In this document: piece by piece, positions 39,471 through 51,960 of the stretch | Layout of the letters: each line of letters starts with the position of its first letter | Numbering within the stretch: position 1 is the first letter of the stretch | NCBI RefSeq assembly: GCF_006345805.1 | Contig: NC_043002.1 | Location: 47,554,001-47,618,000 of the forward strand | DNA length: 64,000 nt | Source: Octopus sinensis | Lineage: Eukaryota | Reading direction: 5' to 3' | Made by a program: the position numbers and the translations under genes | Notes under the pieces: model-generated | What the model was told of the DNA's origin: nothing | Databases searched by the model: none | The model's input: only the letters and a program-made list of their open reading frames with translations

Positions 39471-42400
39471 TGTAACTCCTTTGGATAAAAACAAAATGAT
39501 CTGGTACAAATTTCTCAAGACTGGAATGAACAAGTTTGAAAATTCTTTGAAGAATTTCTTCATATCTTTGATCGTCATTGCCAGTTAATGTTGCATTTTT
39601 TTTAGTATATCACTCCACATCTTTTGACAACCATTGTAGGCTTATTAGGAAAATCTCTAGGGCCACTAGTCTAGATTCCAGTCTTCAGTCTCATCTGCAA
39701 AGTGATCTTGGAAACATTTGGTGAATTGCTTTGGGTCTTGTATCATAAATGCTTTTCACTTGCTAAAAGACCTTGTTGAGATATTAATGAATAAATGGTA
39801 AAAAAAAAAGCACTAATCAAGCATCCTCTTTTAGCTTCAGTCTAACTTGACTTGATTGATCAATATTTTGTGCATGGAATAGATCATGACTTTAAACTGT
39901 GAATAGCTGGCTAATTAACCATTGGTCTAACAAATATTATATTCAAATAATATCTGTTACTTTCACCTTTATCAGAAATCCTTACTGATTTCCTCAGATG
40001 CAAGCTGTAACCAGCCAGCCAGTGTACAGAGATTCAGTTTATACAGGTTAAACAAGCTCTTATTGCAGAATTTTCCAGAGTAAATTGCCATGGTTTCTTA
40101 ATATTTATGCCTTCCTTTCTGATGTGTTTGTGCTTAAAAAAGCACTGCTTCTCCACAAGCTTGTGAAATCTGTTGCTGATCAAATAATATTAATAACCTT
40201 TTAGTGTCTGTCATATTTTACATATGTATGTCATTAATTTATTCATTTAACATCCATTTATCCATGCTAGTACAGCTTGGATAGAAATTGATTTTAAGGC
40301 AAGATTTTATAGTTGGATGTTCTTCCTGTTGTTCACCCTCAAAAGTCTTTCAAGCAAGGGATTTATATATTCCAAAGGTTCATAACCACACACACAGTGC
40401 TTGCTTATTCCATATAACTGTGTAATTAGTAAACAAGGGTACAACTCAAAATACATTTCTAATTATGAGTTACTGTATATTTATATTTATTACTTTAGTC
40501 ATTATATTTATAGTTAGAAAGCGTAGTGACAATTTTTAAGGAAAACACTTATTTAACCTTTACACTGTACTGTGTACACTGTGTAAATGCATACACAAGC
40601 ACAAACACACATACACAAATATGCAGACATATGCTCAAGGCTGTTTTCATTATAAAATTTATAAGATAAAAAGAGTTGCAAGATATTTCATATCACTTGC
40701 TATGAGAATATTTACAAATAAGAAAGGTAAATAATTCCAATATAACCATAAGCTCCATTCTTCAAGATTAAGTAAATCACCCAAACTATCTTTCATATAT
40801 AATTGAATAGTATAGTACAAGATAGATTTTTTCTCTTTTCTAAAGTACTGAAGTTTTATGTAATCAAAATAATGACAACATTTCTTAGATCTTGAGCACT
40901 TAGCAATCAATTATTTTCATAAACATAATTGCAAATGTAATATCATCAGATAAATAAAGACAAGCCAAATCACTCAACAGGCTGTATAAGGACATCAATA
41001 AAAAACCTACCATAGATTCCTATCTTAAAAATAACCTAAAGCTAAATAGAAATATTTAACCAGCTACAGTAAAATTTTAGTAATCTAAAACAGTTTATCA
41101 TAATATTTTTAAAGTAAACAAATGTACAGTGTTATGATAATGATAATGGTAATTAGTGATACCTGTGGTGTTTAATCATAGACCAAAAATAACCAGTTTC
41201 AATGAATTACATAAACACTGCTTTTGGAAATGCTCCTCAGCCAATACAATATAAAATTAATAGAATTAGAGTTTGACAATCAGTACAGTTTAAATTAAGG
41301 AAGGTAAAAACTATTTCTTGTAAGCTTCTTTAATCTGATCAGAAAATTTCCTATAATAAATAAAATAGGTTGGTGCCATGCAGTGCTTGTTCATTCTCTG
41401 GCTAATGAGGAAGAAAAAGTCGACAGAATAATTTTTTCTTTTTTTTTGTAAATACAATAATAAAATCTGGCATTTTTGTCAGTGTTTCAGCTGTTTCACA
41501 ATACTAGATATCATGGGAATTAAATTTATAATGATATTTCATTACTTTTGCCTCCAAATTCAGAATGAATATTAAAAATGAATAGAACAAAAATAAAATT
41601 ATAGAAGTGTCAAGATACCATTTCTAACAATGAATGAATGAAAGAAACTAAATATCATGTACATATGCAAATCCATGCTGAAAAGTAATTATAGTTACAT
41701 ACTAAAATCGTCTTTAAACAACATAACTTTTATATTGCACTCAGTAAGAGTTATCAAACAGAAATGCATATAGTTCATTCAGGACATAATACAAAAACAA
41801 AATATTTATAAGTATAAAATAGAATTTCAAATTTCTACAACTAATGGAAAAGGTAACTATCATATCTACGAAAGCATCCAAACTAATGCTATTATATTTT
41901 CTTCAAAGAGATGGACGTGTATGACATGAAATTTGAATAATTCTTTTCAATGCATCACAAGGTCATGAAATCCAGATATTGATTTCCTAAAGAGGTTAAT
42001 GGCTTCAGTTTCAAGGATGGATGCTATCCACCATTGAATATTGTGAGATATTCATATCTTTTCCAAAGTCATTACCAATGTAAGTAAAGGGAAATGCAAA
42101 TTAGCTGCTGTGAACTTTGATTACTAGAATTTACCTCTGATGTAGAGTATTGCTCCAGTAAATTAAATTATTCAATAGCATAATATTAGTTGTATATTCA
42201 AGACTTATATAATATTCATTCATCATTGGACTGTAGTTTATATCAATCTTTCATTTAAATGACATCCTTGGAGGTATAGTTTAGTGGGAAAGGAACCCAA
42301 TTCATGCTTAATTGATCAGTTAGCTATGAACCACTTCTTTTATTTCTCTCTCTCATATGATACACTCTTCATGGCAACTAAATTTATCCAACACGTCTAT

Positions 42401-43019
42401 GAATTTTACTATTGATTAATTGTTGTCAATACAAGCTGCTACTGGTTTCTTTAGATTTGAGATTTTACTCTACTTTAATTGAATATGTTATTTTTAATAG
42501 ATGTTTCTATAAAATTTATTCAGGAAAAATGTTTAAGATCCTGCTTCAGTTATTTCTTTTCAATTTTAAATTTATTAATCTGGTCTATCATAATTTAGAG
42601 CCATCAAAGTAATTATGCACTAATTAGTTAGTTAAATAATATTTCATGTAGAAAATGGTTTACTATTTATCATATATTTTCAATTCTTATGGAAAAATTT
42701 ATGACTATTAAAATTAATAGAAGAATTCAAAGAAATAAAATCTTTGGGAAAATATTTTAAACTAATATATTTTTGTTCTGGTAGCCGAAAAGGTTTAAAA
42801 ATTTAAATTCTTATGAAATGTGATGCTGATGTACTCTGTATTAATTTTTAAAATCAAACCTAAAGCCATACATTTTATAATTGGAAATAAGATCAAGCAT
42901 TTTCATGATTTTCTCAAAGTATGAAAACTGTAGTAAAGCTTTTAATAAAATGATTTATACACAACACCATAACAAGTGTTGTTAGGCTACTTTTCCAGCT
43001 AAAACAAGGGTTGACCTTA

Positions 43020-43330
43020 CATAGAGAAAACTATCACAGACTCTGTAAGATCCATGACAGTCTTCTCCACTGCTCAATATATGTCACTTCACCACTTTCC
43101 TTGCCCTCATTTTCTTCTCTATTATCATTAGCCATGTCTTTCTCAGTCTTTGCTCACCTCTACATTCATTACTTTCGCTCTTCTCAACTGGTTACTTTTA
43201 TTCATCCTAGCACATGATCCTACCAGCTCATCCTATTTCTCTTCTCAATATTCATTTCCTTCCAGTCTATACAATTCATTTGAGTTTACAAATCTCTTAT
43301 TGAGGTGTTCTCTTACAGCTGGAGGTCTTT
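43020..43330 (-). mobile_element. Degenerate RTE-like LINE 3' coding remnant
   Basis: Across frames on the minus strand: RMSW*DHVL, RLRKTW and EQWRRL, echoing the RLRWxGHV / GRPRKTW / DRxxWR motifs. Confidence 0.45.
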
Positions 43331-43959
43331 CTGTCTCTAACTCATATCTGTTTCTCAAGTAGGGAACGTTTTTTTTACTCCATTTAACTTCAGAAGCACA
43401 GAGCTAGCAAATGATTAGTTCATAAATTGTTAGACTGTGTCAACAAATGTATATGTATGTCTATGTTTATAGCTCAACACTTATCTAAACAAAGTGCAAA
43501 TGTCAACATTTACTCAGATACACACACACACACATTTGTTTTGACCTTTTGATATGGTGGTGAATCAAAAGTTTTGCAATATTTTGGTAACTTATTTGCT
43601 TTAATTGTCAAGTTACAATAAACACTACCTAACATTCAAAGTAAATGCCATCATGCTACACTGTCTGAAGCTACCTTCCTGCATTTGCGATGCTTCATCA
43701 GTCAAGAGGATATGTAAGCATCAGTGAAGGATTTCTTCACCTCAAAGGATAGAAACCGGTAATAGCATAGGATAAAAAACTGACAGAAATACGGCTTTAG
43801 ATGGTGCAACACGTCGACCTCTACTTTGAATACTTTTTATTGTAACTTAACAAATAAAGCAAAAAAGTTACCAAAATATTGGTATAAATTTTGACTCAAC
43901 ACTTTATATTCAGCAGAATGTGTGTGTGCGTGTGTGTGCGTGTGTGCAAGTATGTATAT

Positions 43960-44363
<404 letters not shown>

Positions 44364-44518
44364 TAGTTATCGCCATACTAATATGGCATTCTTATAAAAA
44401 TAAGAATAAAGCTGACCGCTTATTAGCTCCATGAGGCCATCGCCTTAAGTTAGCTATTTGATACACAAACTGTATCCATATAACCTTTGAACAAGGGAGG
44501 TCAGTCGCTCCACACTAC

Positions 44519-44578
44519 TTGGCCGGCAGCTACAGACGCGTTTCGGGTTATTGCCCCTTTTCAATGCAGCGTAGCCAA
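44519..44578 (-). ncRNA. Minimal type I hammerhead ribozyme, copy A
   Basis: UUGGCU-AC-GCUGCA-UUGAAAA-GGG-GCAAUAA-CCC-GAAA-C-GC-GU-C/UGUAGC-UGCC-GGCCAA. Predicted cleavage between 44535 and 44534. Confidence 0.8.
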
Positions 44579-44881
44579 ACCAGTAGGTGTCGCTTCCGAC
44601 AATCTCTGTTCAAAGGTTTTATTTACCTAGCTTCGGTGGAATACATCCACTTGTTTTCAATAATAGAAATATTAAAATTACTAAGTCTCTCTAAAAGAGA
44701 ACAACGGCAGCGTTCCCGGAAAATATTAGTTATCGCCATACTAATATGGCATTCTTATAAAAATAAGAATAAAGCTGACCGCTTATTAGCTCCATGAGGC
44801 CATCGCCTTAAGTTAGCTATTTGATACACAAACTGTATCCATATAACCTTTGAACAAGGGAGGTCAGTCGCTCCACACTAC

Positions 44882-44941
44882 TTGGCTGGCAGCTACAGAC
44901 GCGTTTCGGGGTATTGCCCCTTTTCAATGCAGCGTAGCCAA
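44882..44941 (-). ncRNA. Minimal type I hammerhead ribozyme, copy B
   Basis: UUGGCU-AC-GCUGCA-UUGAAAA-GGGG-CAAUA-CCCC-GAAA-C-GC-GU-C/UGUAGC-UGCC-AGCCAA. Predicted cleavage between 44898 and 44897. Confidence 0.85.
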
Positions 44942-46796
44942 ACCAGTAGGTGTCGCTTCCGACAATCTCTGTTCAAAGGTTTTATTTACCTAGCTTCGGT
45001 GGAATACATCCACTTGTTTTCAATAATAGAAATATTAAAATTACTAAGTCTCTCTAAAAGAGAACAACGGCAGCGTTCCCGGAAAATATTAGTTATTAGT
45101 ATGGCGATAACTAATATTTTCCGGGAATGCTGCCGTTGTTCTCTTTTAGAGAGACTTAGTAATTTTAATATTTCTATTATATGTATATAGTCTTCTCTAT
45201 GTAACAGTAAATATATATATACATATATATATCCACACACACACATGTATATACATATATGCATATATGTGTGTGTATATTTAATGACTGTCATATGAGA
45301 TTCCTTTAGCTGAAAGAAATTCTATGGATCTTTAATATAGTTATCCTATTATATAGTTATCTTATTATAATTTTCTTCATCTATTCAAGTTACATTTATA
45401 TATGTTTATGTTATATAAAGTGCAACATTTTGAAAATACATTTGATGTTTACTTAAAAAGATTTCTATATTTTTCTCAACTATAAGCTTTACTACTATGT
45501 TCATTAGATATTACATTTATTTCAGTATGTGAACCTAAGTTGTTGTTGTTGACATATTCTAGTCATAATCATTCTATCTGATTCTTTCACAAAATATATC
45601 CAAGATTACATTATCCGATGTACTCTTACTTTTTCATGATGGTAAGGTGTGGTTTTAGTGAATTTAGTTGCTATCTCCAATAAATTGAGCAACTGTATAC
45701 AGGCATGTTTGCTAGTTTGTGAAATTGCACTATTTTGTGTTGTGGTTGTTATAAATATGAACCTGTGGAAACTATTTTATATGAGGGTTGTCAAGGAGGG
45801 AAAGGGTCAAGTACCTACTTATATGTTTATTTCTTCAGTGCTCCTGAGAATGTTAGAAGGGAAAAAGCTATTCCAAACTATAAATCTGGTCCAATGCTTG
45901 TAGTAGAGCTGGATTTATTAAATGTACTCCAAGACCAAGTGGTTGTTTTAGACAAACTGATTGAGTCAGATATGCAAGAGCTCAGAATGCAACATACTGG
46001 AACAAATATCAAAAGAGATCTTGGCTGAGACACTAATTCCCCTAATCCACTGTCCTGGATTGCTACTTTATTTCATTAATCTTTAATGGATGAAAGACAA
46101 AGTTAACTTCAGTGGGATTGAAATACAGAGCACACTGAGCCAGAACAGATACTGCAAGGTATTTTGTCCTAAGTCTAAACTTCATCTTTGTCATATTAAT
46201 GTCCATTTTTCAATACTTGCATGAGTTGGACAGTATATTAAGACCAATTTTCCTACAGCCAGATGAATTTCTTGTTACTAGTCATCACTTGTTTCTAAGA
46301 CACGTAGAGAATATTGAAAATAAATTACACTGCTTGCACGACTCCACTAATTTGCTACCAAATTGTCTAAGCTCTAATTCCACTGGGATTGACTTAGTGT
46401 TTCATTTTACGGTATCTCAATAAAATAAGCATAAGTAATAACATACAAGGTGTCAAATTCAGTCAGATGCTTTCTCCATAAATTAGTGGTCTTGTACCAC
46501 AGTATAACAAAATCAATGTAATTCCCTACTCATAATGAAAATGGAACGGAAATCTAAAGACAACAACCTCCGCTTTGATAGTAATATATATAAAAAATTC
46601 TTGCACACAAATCTAACTGACATTGTTACCAACCAAACAACCAGCAAGCAGTATAATAGTAACATAACACAAGAGAAAAAAATAATGATTCCATCAGTCA
46701 CATTTGAAGTATATCAATACTGTTAATAAATATCCTTTGAAAATGAGTAATAAAATGTTGAGAAAGAAAAGATATTGCTGGCTTTAATCTTTAATA

Positions 46797-46835
<39 letters not shown>

Positions 46836-47594
46836 TATATATATGTTTGTATGTATAGATAAATCTATAGATATGTATGTATTTATTTATGTAGATATAC
46901 ACATTATATATTACACACATACACACATTTACAAACTATCAGTTGTCAGAAAACATTAATAAATTAACTGGCCATATAGTTAATCATGTTTTCAACATTA
47001 AATGTATAAAAGGTCAACTTCAATGTACATATATTTGGGAATAAAATCTACTCATTTAGACAGTTGAGCAAAAATTTAATGACGGAATGTTCAAAGGTTT
47101 GCATATTGCTAATAATGCTGCAGCATGGTAAAGACATATAAATCTTAATAGCTCAGTTCACCTAGCTATATAATGTTTGCATGCAATGGCATATGTCTTC
47201 ACCATAAGCAATGGCAGCAGCAATGTAAGTGGTATTTTGTTGGTGTCAAAGTCTGTTAAAATATTTCCATAAGGACAGCTTGGAGAAAGTTTGGTTGGAA
47301 GAGTCTTGCTTTTTAACTTTAAAATGAGATTTTTTTTATTCTTGTACTAGTTACGCTTATTAGAGTGAAACATTAATAGAACACCTTTCTCAGGTGTTTT
47401 AGTCAATAAAATTGGTCCTGGTACTTATTTCAGTTTCGTACCTATTTTACCAATTTCTGCATATTAAATTGCAAATTCTTACTACTTCAACATAAACTGT
47501 TTTGCATCGCTAAACAAAACCATAATCACAAGCACATGATCTAATGGCTTATGAGACCACATGTATATATATAACTATATATATAACACATGTG

Positions 47595-47704
47595 ATCATG
47601 TGACCGACCAGACTATCAGATGTTGTTACACATCGCTGGTCAGAACGTGTTTTGTATTGTTTTAGCCTTCAAATGATGTGACCCTTCTGGCTAGGTGAGC
47701 AGGC

Positions 47705-47705
<1 letters not shown>
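47595..47705 (-). mobile_element. SINE tail fragment
   Basis: Reverse homolog of 51860-51960 (CCAGCGATGT.TAACAACATCTGATAG). Confidence 0.6.
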
Positions 47706-47741
<36 letters not shown>

Positions 47742-47818
47742 ATATTTCAGGATTAAATAAAAATGCAGCAAACGGACAATATGACATACCTGTGTATGTA
47801 TGTATGTATGTATATATA

Positions 47819-47877
<59 letters not shown>

Positions 47878-48914
47878 TATTCAAAAAAGCATGTAGTAAA
47901 TAAACATACCTAGATGGAAAAGGAAAGAGTCAATCAAGAGAAAAATGAAAGCAGAATGTGTATGTCTGTATAACGACTTTGTCTAGTTGATGAGTATATG
48001 TTTGTGTGCGTGTGTGCATGTGTGTGTGTGTGTGTGTGTGGTATGTGTGTACAATAGCAAGAATATGTAGTTTAACTATTCAAACACTTTATGTAAGGAA
48101 AGAAACTCAGGAAGTGATAAGTTCAATTAGGGCTATTGGTTGGCAGTTATCACTGATACAATGAAACTTGGCAAAATACCAAAGTCTTTTGATGAACAGA
48201 GAAAACAATTTGAAACAATGACAGAGGAGTAACAATTATTTTAAAATATTATATTTAGAAATATTGTTGAATTGTTATCAGTGTCATAATGACAGTAATA
48301 TGTAACAGCTACATCATTTGAATACTCTTATGAAGTTTGTAGCAGAGGTTTTAGATGTGTTTAATTAGTCCAGTTATCAGGAGTAGGATCTAGCATTCCA
48401 GACTGTGAGTGAAGGTAGAGAAAGGAGGTGTGGTTGTCACTCTGGCTGCAATCCAGTAAAAGAAAATAATAAAGAAAACAATTGTTTCTAATTTGCAACC
48501 AAGCAACTTCACTTTCTCTTCTTTTCTTACTCTGAAATGAAGTGCAAGGACATAAAAATTGTGAGTTTTTTTATTCTTCATGATAATCAACTGAAAGGAT
48601 TTTTCTATGGCTCCTCTTATAGACTTAGTACCAGTTTCCCTAGGTTCTGGATTTTATTCTGTGAAGTTTGTAGATTACTCAATAAGGATTGCCAGTTTTG
48701 CTGCCAAAATTTGATAACACAATTAAAATACTACCAATCACACTCCTTCTATGTAGTAATTATATTGTTTGTTAAATGCAAATCTGTACTGAAAAATTAC
48801 AAGTTTTAACAGGTGTGTTAATGTGTAAATATTTAATATATACATAGACAACTATAAAAATATATCTTCTTCTACATGCTTCTCCATGTATTTCTCTAAT
48901 TCATTTTCTGTATC

Positions 48915-49335
48915 TTTTATCTTTTAGTTGTTTTAGTCATTGGACTGCAGCCAGTTTGGAGCGTTGCCTTGAAAGGTTTAGCTGAACAAATTGACCCCAA
49001 AGCTTATTATTTTTTTAAAGTCTGGTACTTATTCTATTGGTCTCTTTTGCTGAAATCACTAAGCTATAAGGACGTAAATAAACTAACAATGATTGTTAAT
49101 TGGTGGTGATAGTAAGTTGGGGACAAACAGGCAAAAAAGACACACACATACATGCACTTGCACACACACATATGTGTGTGTGAGGAGCTTTTGCATAGTT
49201 TCTGTTTACTAAATTCACTCATAAGTCATTGGCCAACCCAGGAGTGTTATAAAAGACACTTATTCAAGGTTCCATACAGTGGGACTGATTCTGAAACTAC
49301 ATGGATACTAAGCAAACTTCTTAATCCTACAGCCA
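48915..49335 (-). mobile_element. Full-length bipartite tRNA-head SINE with short internal (CA)/(TG) microsatellite
   Basis: Tail (TTTTAGTCATTGGACTGCAGCC...GGGGACAAAC), short microsatellite and head (GTTTCTGTTTACTAAATTCACTC...GTGGGACTGATTC...AAGCAAACTTCTT) are contiguous. Confidence 0.65.
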
Positions 49336-51164
49336 TGTCAACAATTTATTTGTTACTATTGTTGTTTAACATCATGTCAACCCAGACTCAATAGATTTAT
49401 GATCATAACATTCAACTCATGACTATCCAATCTATTGCTAACCCTCTAGGATTACATTAGACAATGTGTTTTGCTTTTTATTTGATGATAGAATATGAAC
49501 TGAAGGAACATGGTTGCCATTTTCAGCTGGTTGAGTAACTGCATAAATGTTGGATTATGTTATTTATTGATAAGTTGTCTTGTTCTATGAATTAGCTTAA
49601 AGTAACATATATTTCTATATTGTGTGTGGTTGTTGTTCTTGTTGAACTCCCAGACTAACTCTAATTGGGTAGAACTATGATCAAAAGTATTTCAACAATG
49701 ACCAAGCAATATTTTTTCCACATGCCTATTAATCAATATTACTCAATTTGATGACACTGAAGCCTGATGCAACCTTACAGCTTGATGGTTCCTTGTCAAA
49801 CAATCCTACTTATACCAGAATGGAAAGTAGATGTTAAATGATGATGATGATGATGATGTGTATTTCCTTATTTTTTGAAGACAATAAAGTGAGATTCAAG
49901 GGGATTTGGTTGCTTATTTTCCAAATTCAGTAATTATAGAGCATCTGCCTAATGACTGTAATTGTTGGTGCAATGTTGCTTAAAGTTTACTAATAAATTT
50001 CCTTTCATTTTATCGAAAATATTCATCTTATTCAGTCAAGTTTCCCATCTATTTAATATTCAAGTATGTTATGTATGCAAAATATGAAGTGTATATACAG
50101 TGTCCCTTCTAGTTGCATTTTTAGGAATATATTTAAACTTGTACAAGTTTTATGATTTGCATCTGTCACATGAATATGTAAATTTGTATAGAGGTAAGAA
50201 TCAGATTGAAACAAATCATTACCATAATGACATAAGAAATTTCAAAGATAAAAACATTAAATCAAAGGTTTCTACCATAACTAATGAAAGAACAAAACTA
50301 CAGATAAAATGTACAGTCACAAAAGATATTATACAAAGTATAACACAACTTATATAATGGACGTGATTTTTCAACACAAATGTTACATAAAACGCAAAGT
50401 AACTATATCATAGTCATGAATTAAAACTCAACACTAACTGCAAATTCTTAGAAATTAACACGGCATTTAAATCACACAACTAATTTGATAAAGGGTAAGA
50501 AGTTAAGTCCTTATGAACATAACTTGATACACTGAGTAGTTTTCCAAGAATAAACATAGTAAATGAGATTAAATCTTAATTAGCACAGTTCTGAGATAAC
50601 TCCAAGATTCATTTTCATGTTGAATAGCCAATTATCAACCAAAGAACTACAAACGACTAATAAAGAATTAGTTAATAAACCATAAATCAATACAACTAGT
50701 TTATAAGCAATATAATGCAAAAATGTGACAGCTTATAGTAACTAAAAATGAACTAAATGAATTTATTTTATTAACTAACACATCACACCTTACTCCATTT
50801 ATAGGCGAATATATTCCCAACACCATTATAAAAACATGAAATCTTAATAAAAATTACCACACGCACACATTGTCAGGAATTTGCAAAAATTATTTTCTCT
50901 ATTAAAGTAGTAAAGCATTTCACTATCATAGGCAACTATATCATTAATATTGAGTTGAAAGTTACATACAATCATTCAAACACATCGCCAATATCCATTT
51001 CCAGCATTACCCTAAAAGTGGTACTTAAAATCTACATTATCACAAAAAAAACCCCTCATTTGTTGATAATTCCAACATATTCTGAGTAGTATTTTACCTG
51101 TGGTACAAAGTTTTCCCAAATTACTTTATGCCTGAAGATCAAAAGTACTTATCATTTGTGATCT

Positions 51165-51166
51165 CA

Positions 51167-51203
<37 letters not shown>

Positions 51204-51331
51204 CACATATATATACATACATACATACACATATATATACATACATACATACACATACATACATACATATATATATACACACATACATACATACATATAT
51301 ATACATACATACATATATATACACACATATG

Positions 51332-51366
<35 letters not shown>

Positions 51367-51410
51367 TACTTATACATATATATATAGCTATACATATACA
51401 CATACTTATA

Positions 51411-51480
<70 letters not shown>

Positions 51481-51505
51481 TACATGTATATATAGGTATG
51501 AATAT
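51165..51505. repeat. Long compound (TA)n/(TACA)n microsatellite
   Basis: Read directly. Confidence 0.95.
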
Positions 51506-51714
51506 ACATATATAAAAGATCGATACTAATATAGAATTTACAGTTATATAACCTATACATAAAGAAAATATAATACAACAGCCATCGTTTTAAATTATAT
51601 ACAAATGGGTATCAGCAATAAAATTTTACTTCTAGCCTTATATCTCAGCCCATGTAAGAACACATACCATACCAGTTTACATTATACTCAAGCACACACA
51701 CACACACACACACA

Positions 51715-51960
51715 TAGCCTAGTTGTTAGAGTATTGAACTTATAATAGCTAGATCATTAGTTTGATTCCTGGACCAGGCAACACATTGTATTTTTGAGCA
51801 AAACACTTTGTTTAACATTGTTCCAGTTCACTCAAATGTAAATGATTAGGGAAATATTGGCCTGCTTGCCTACCCAGTGGGGTGGCATCATTCACATTGT
51901 GAAACACTTTGTAACCAGCGATGTATAACAACATCTGATAGCCTAGTTGATACCATGATA
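51715..51960 (+). mobile_element. tRNA-head SINE with CORE-like centre
   Basis: TAGTTGTTAGAG...AGTTTGATTCCTGG head, then TTGAGCAAAACACTT...CCAGTTCACTCA. Tail shared with 47.6 kb. Confidence 0.5.

Noticed and set aside
43655-43705. Minus-strand CTGATGA-A-GCAT-CGCAA-ATGC resembling a hammerhead 5' half
   Set aside because: It is followed by AGGAAG rather than GAAA, and no helix I partner is found.
44519-45190. Repeated ORFs MAGSYRRVSGYCPF... in the 363-bp units
   Set aside because: They start at non-ATG codons, lie antisense to the ribozymes and resemble no RT or endonuclease; they are by-products of the tandem repeat.
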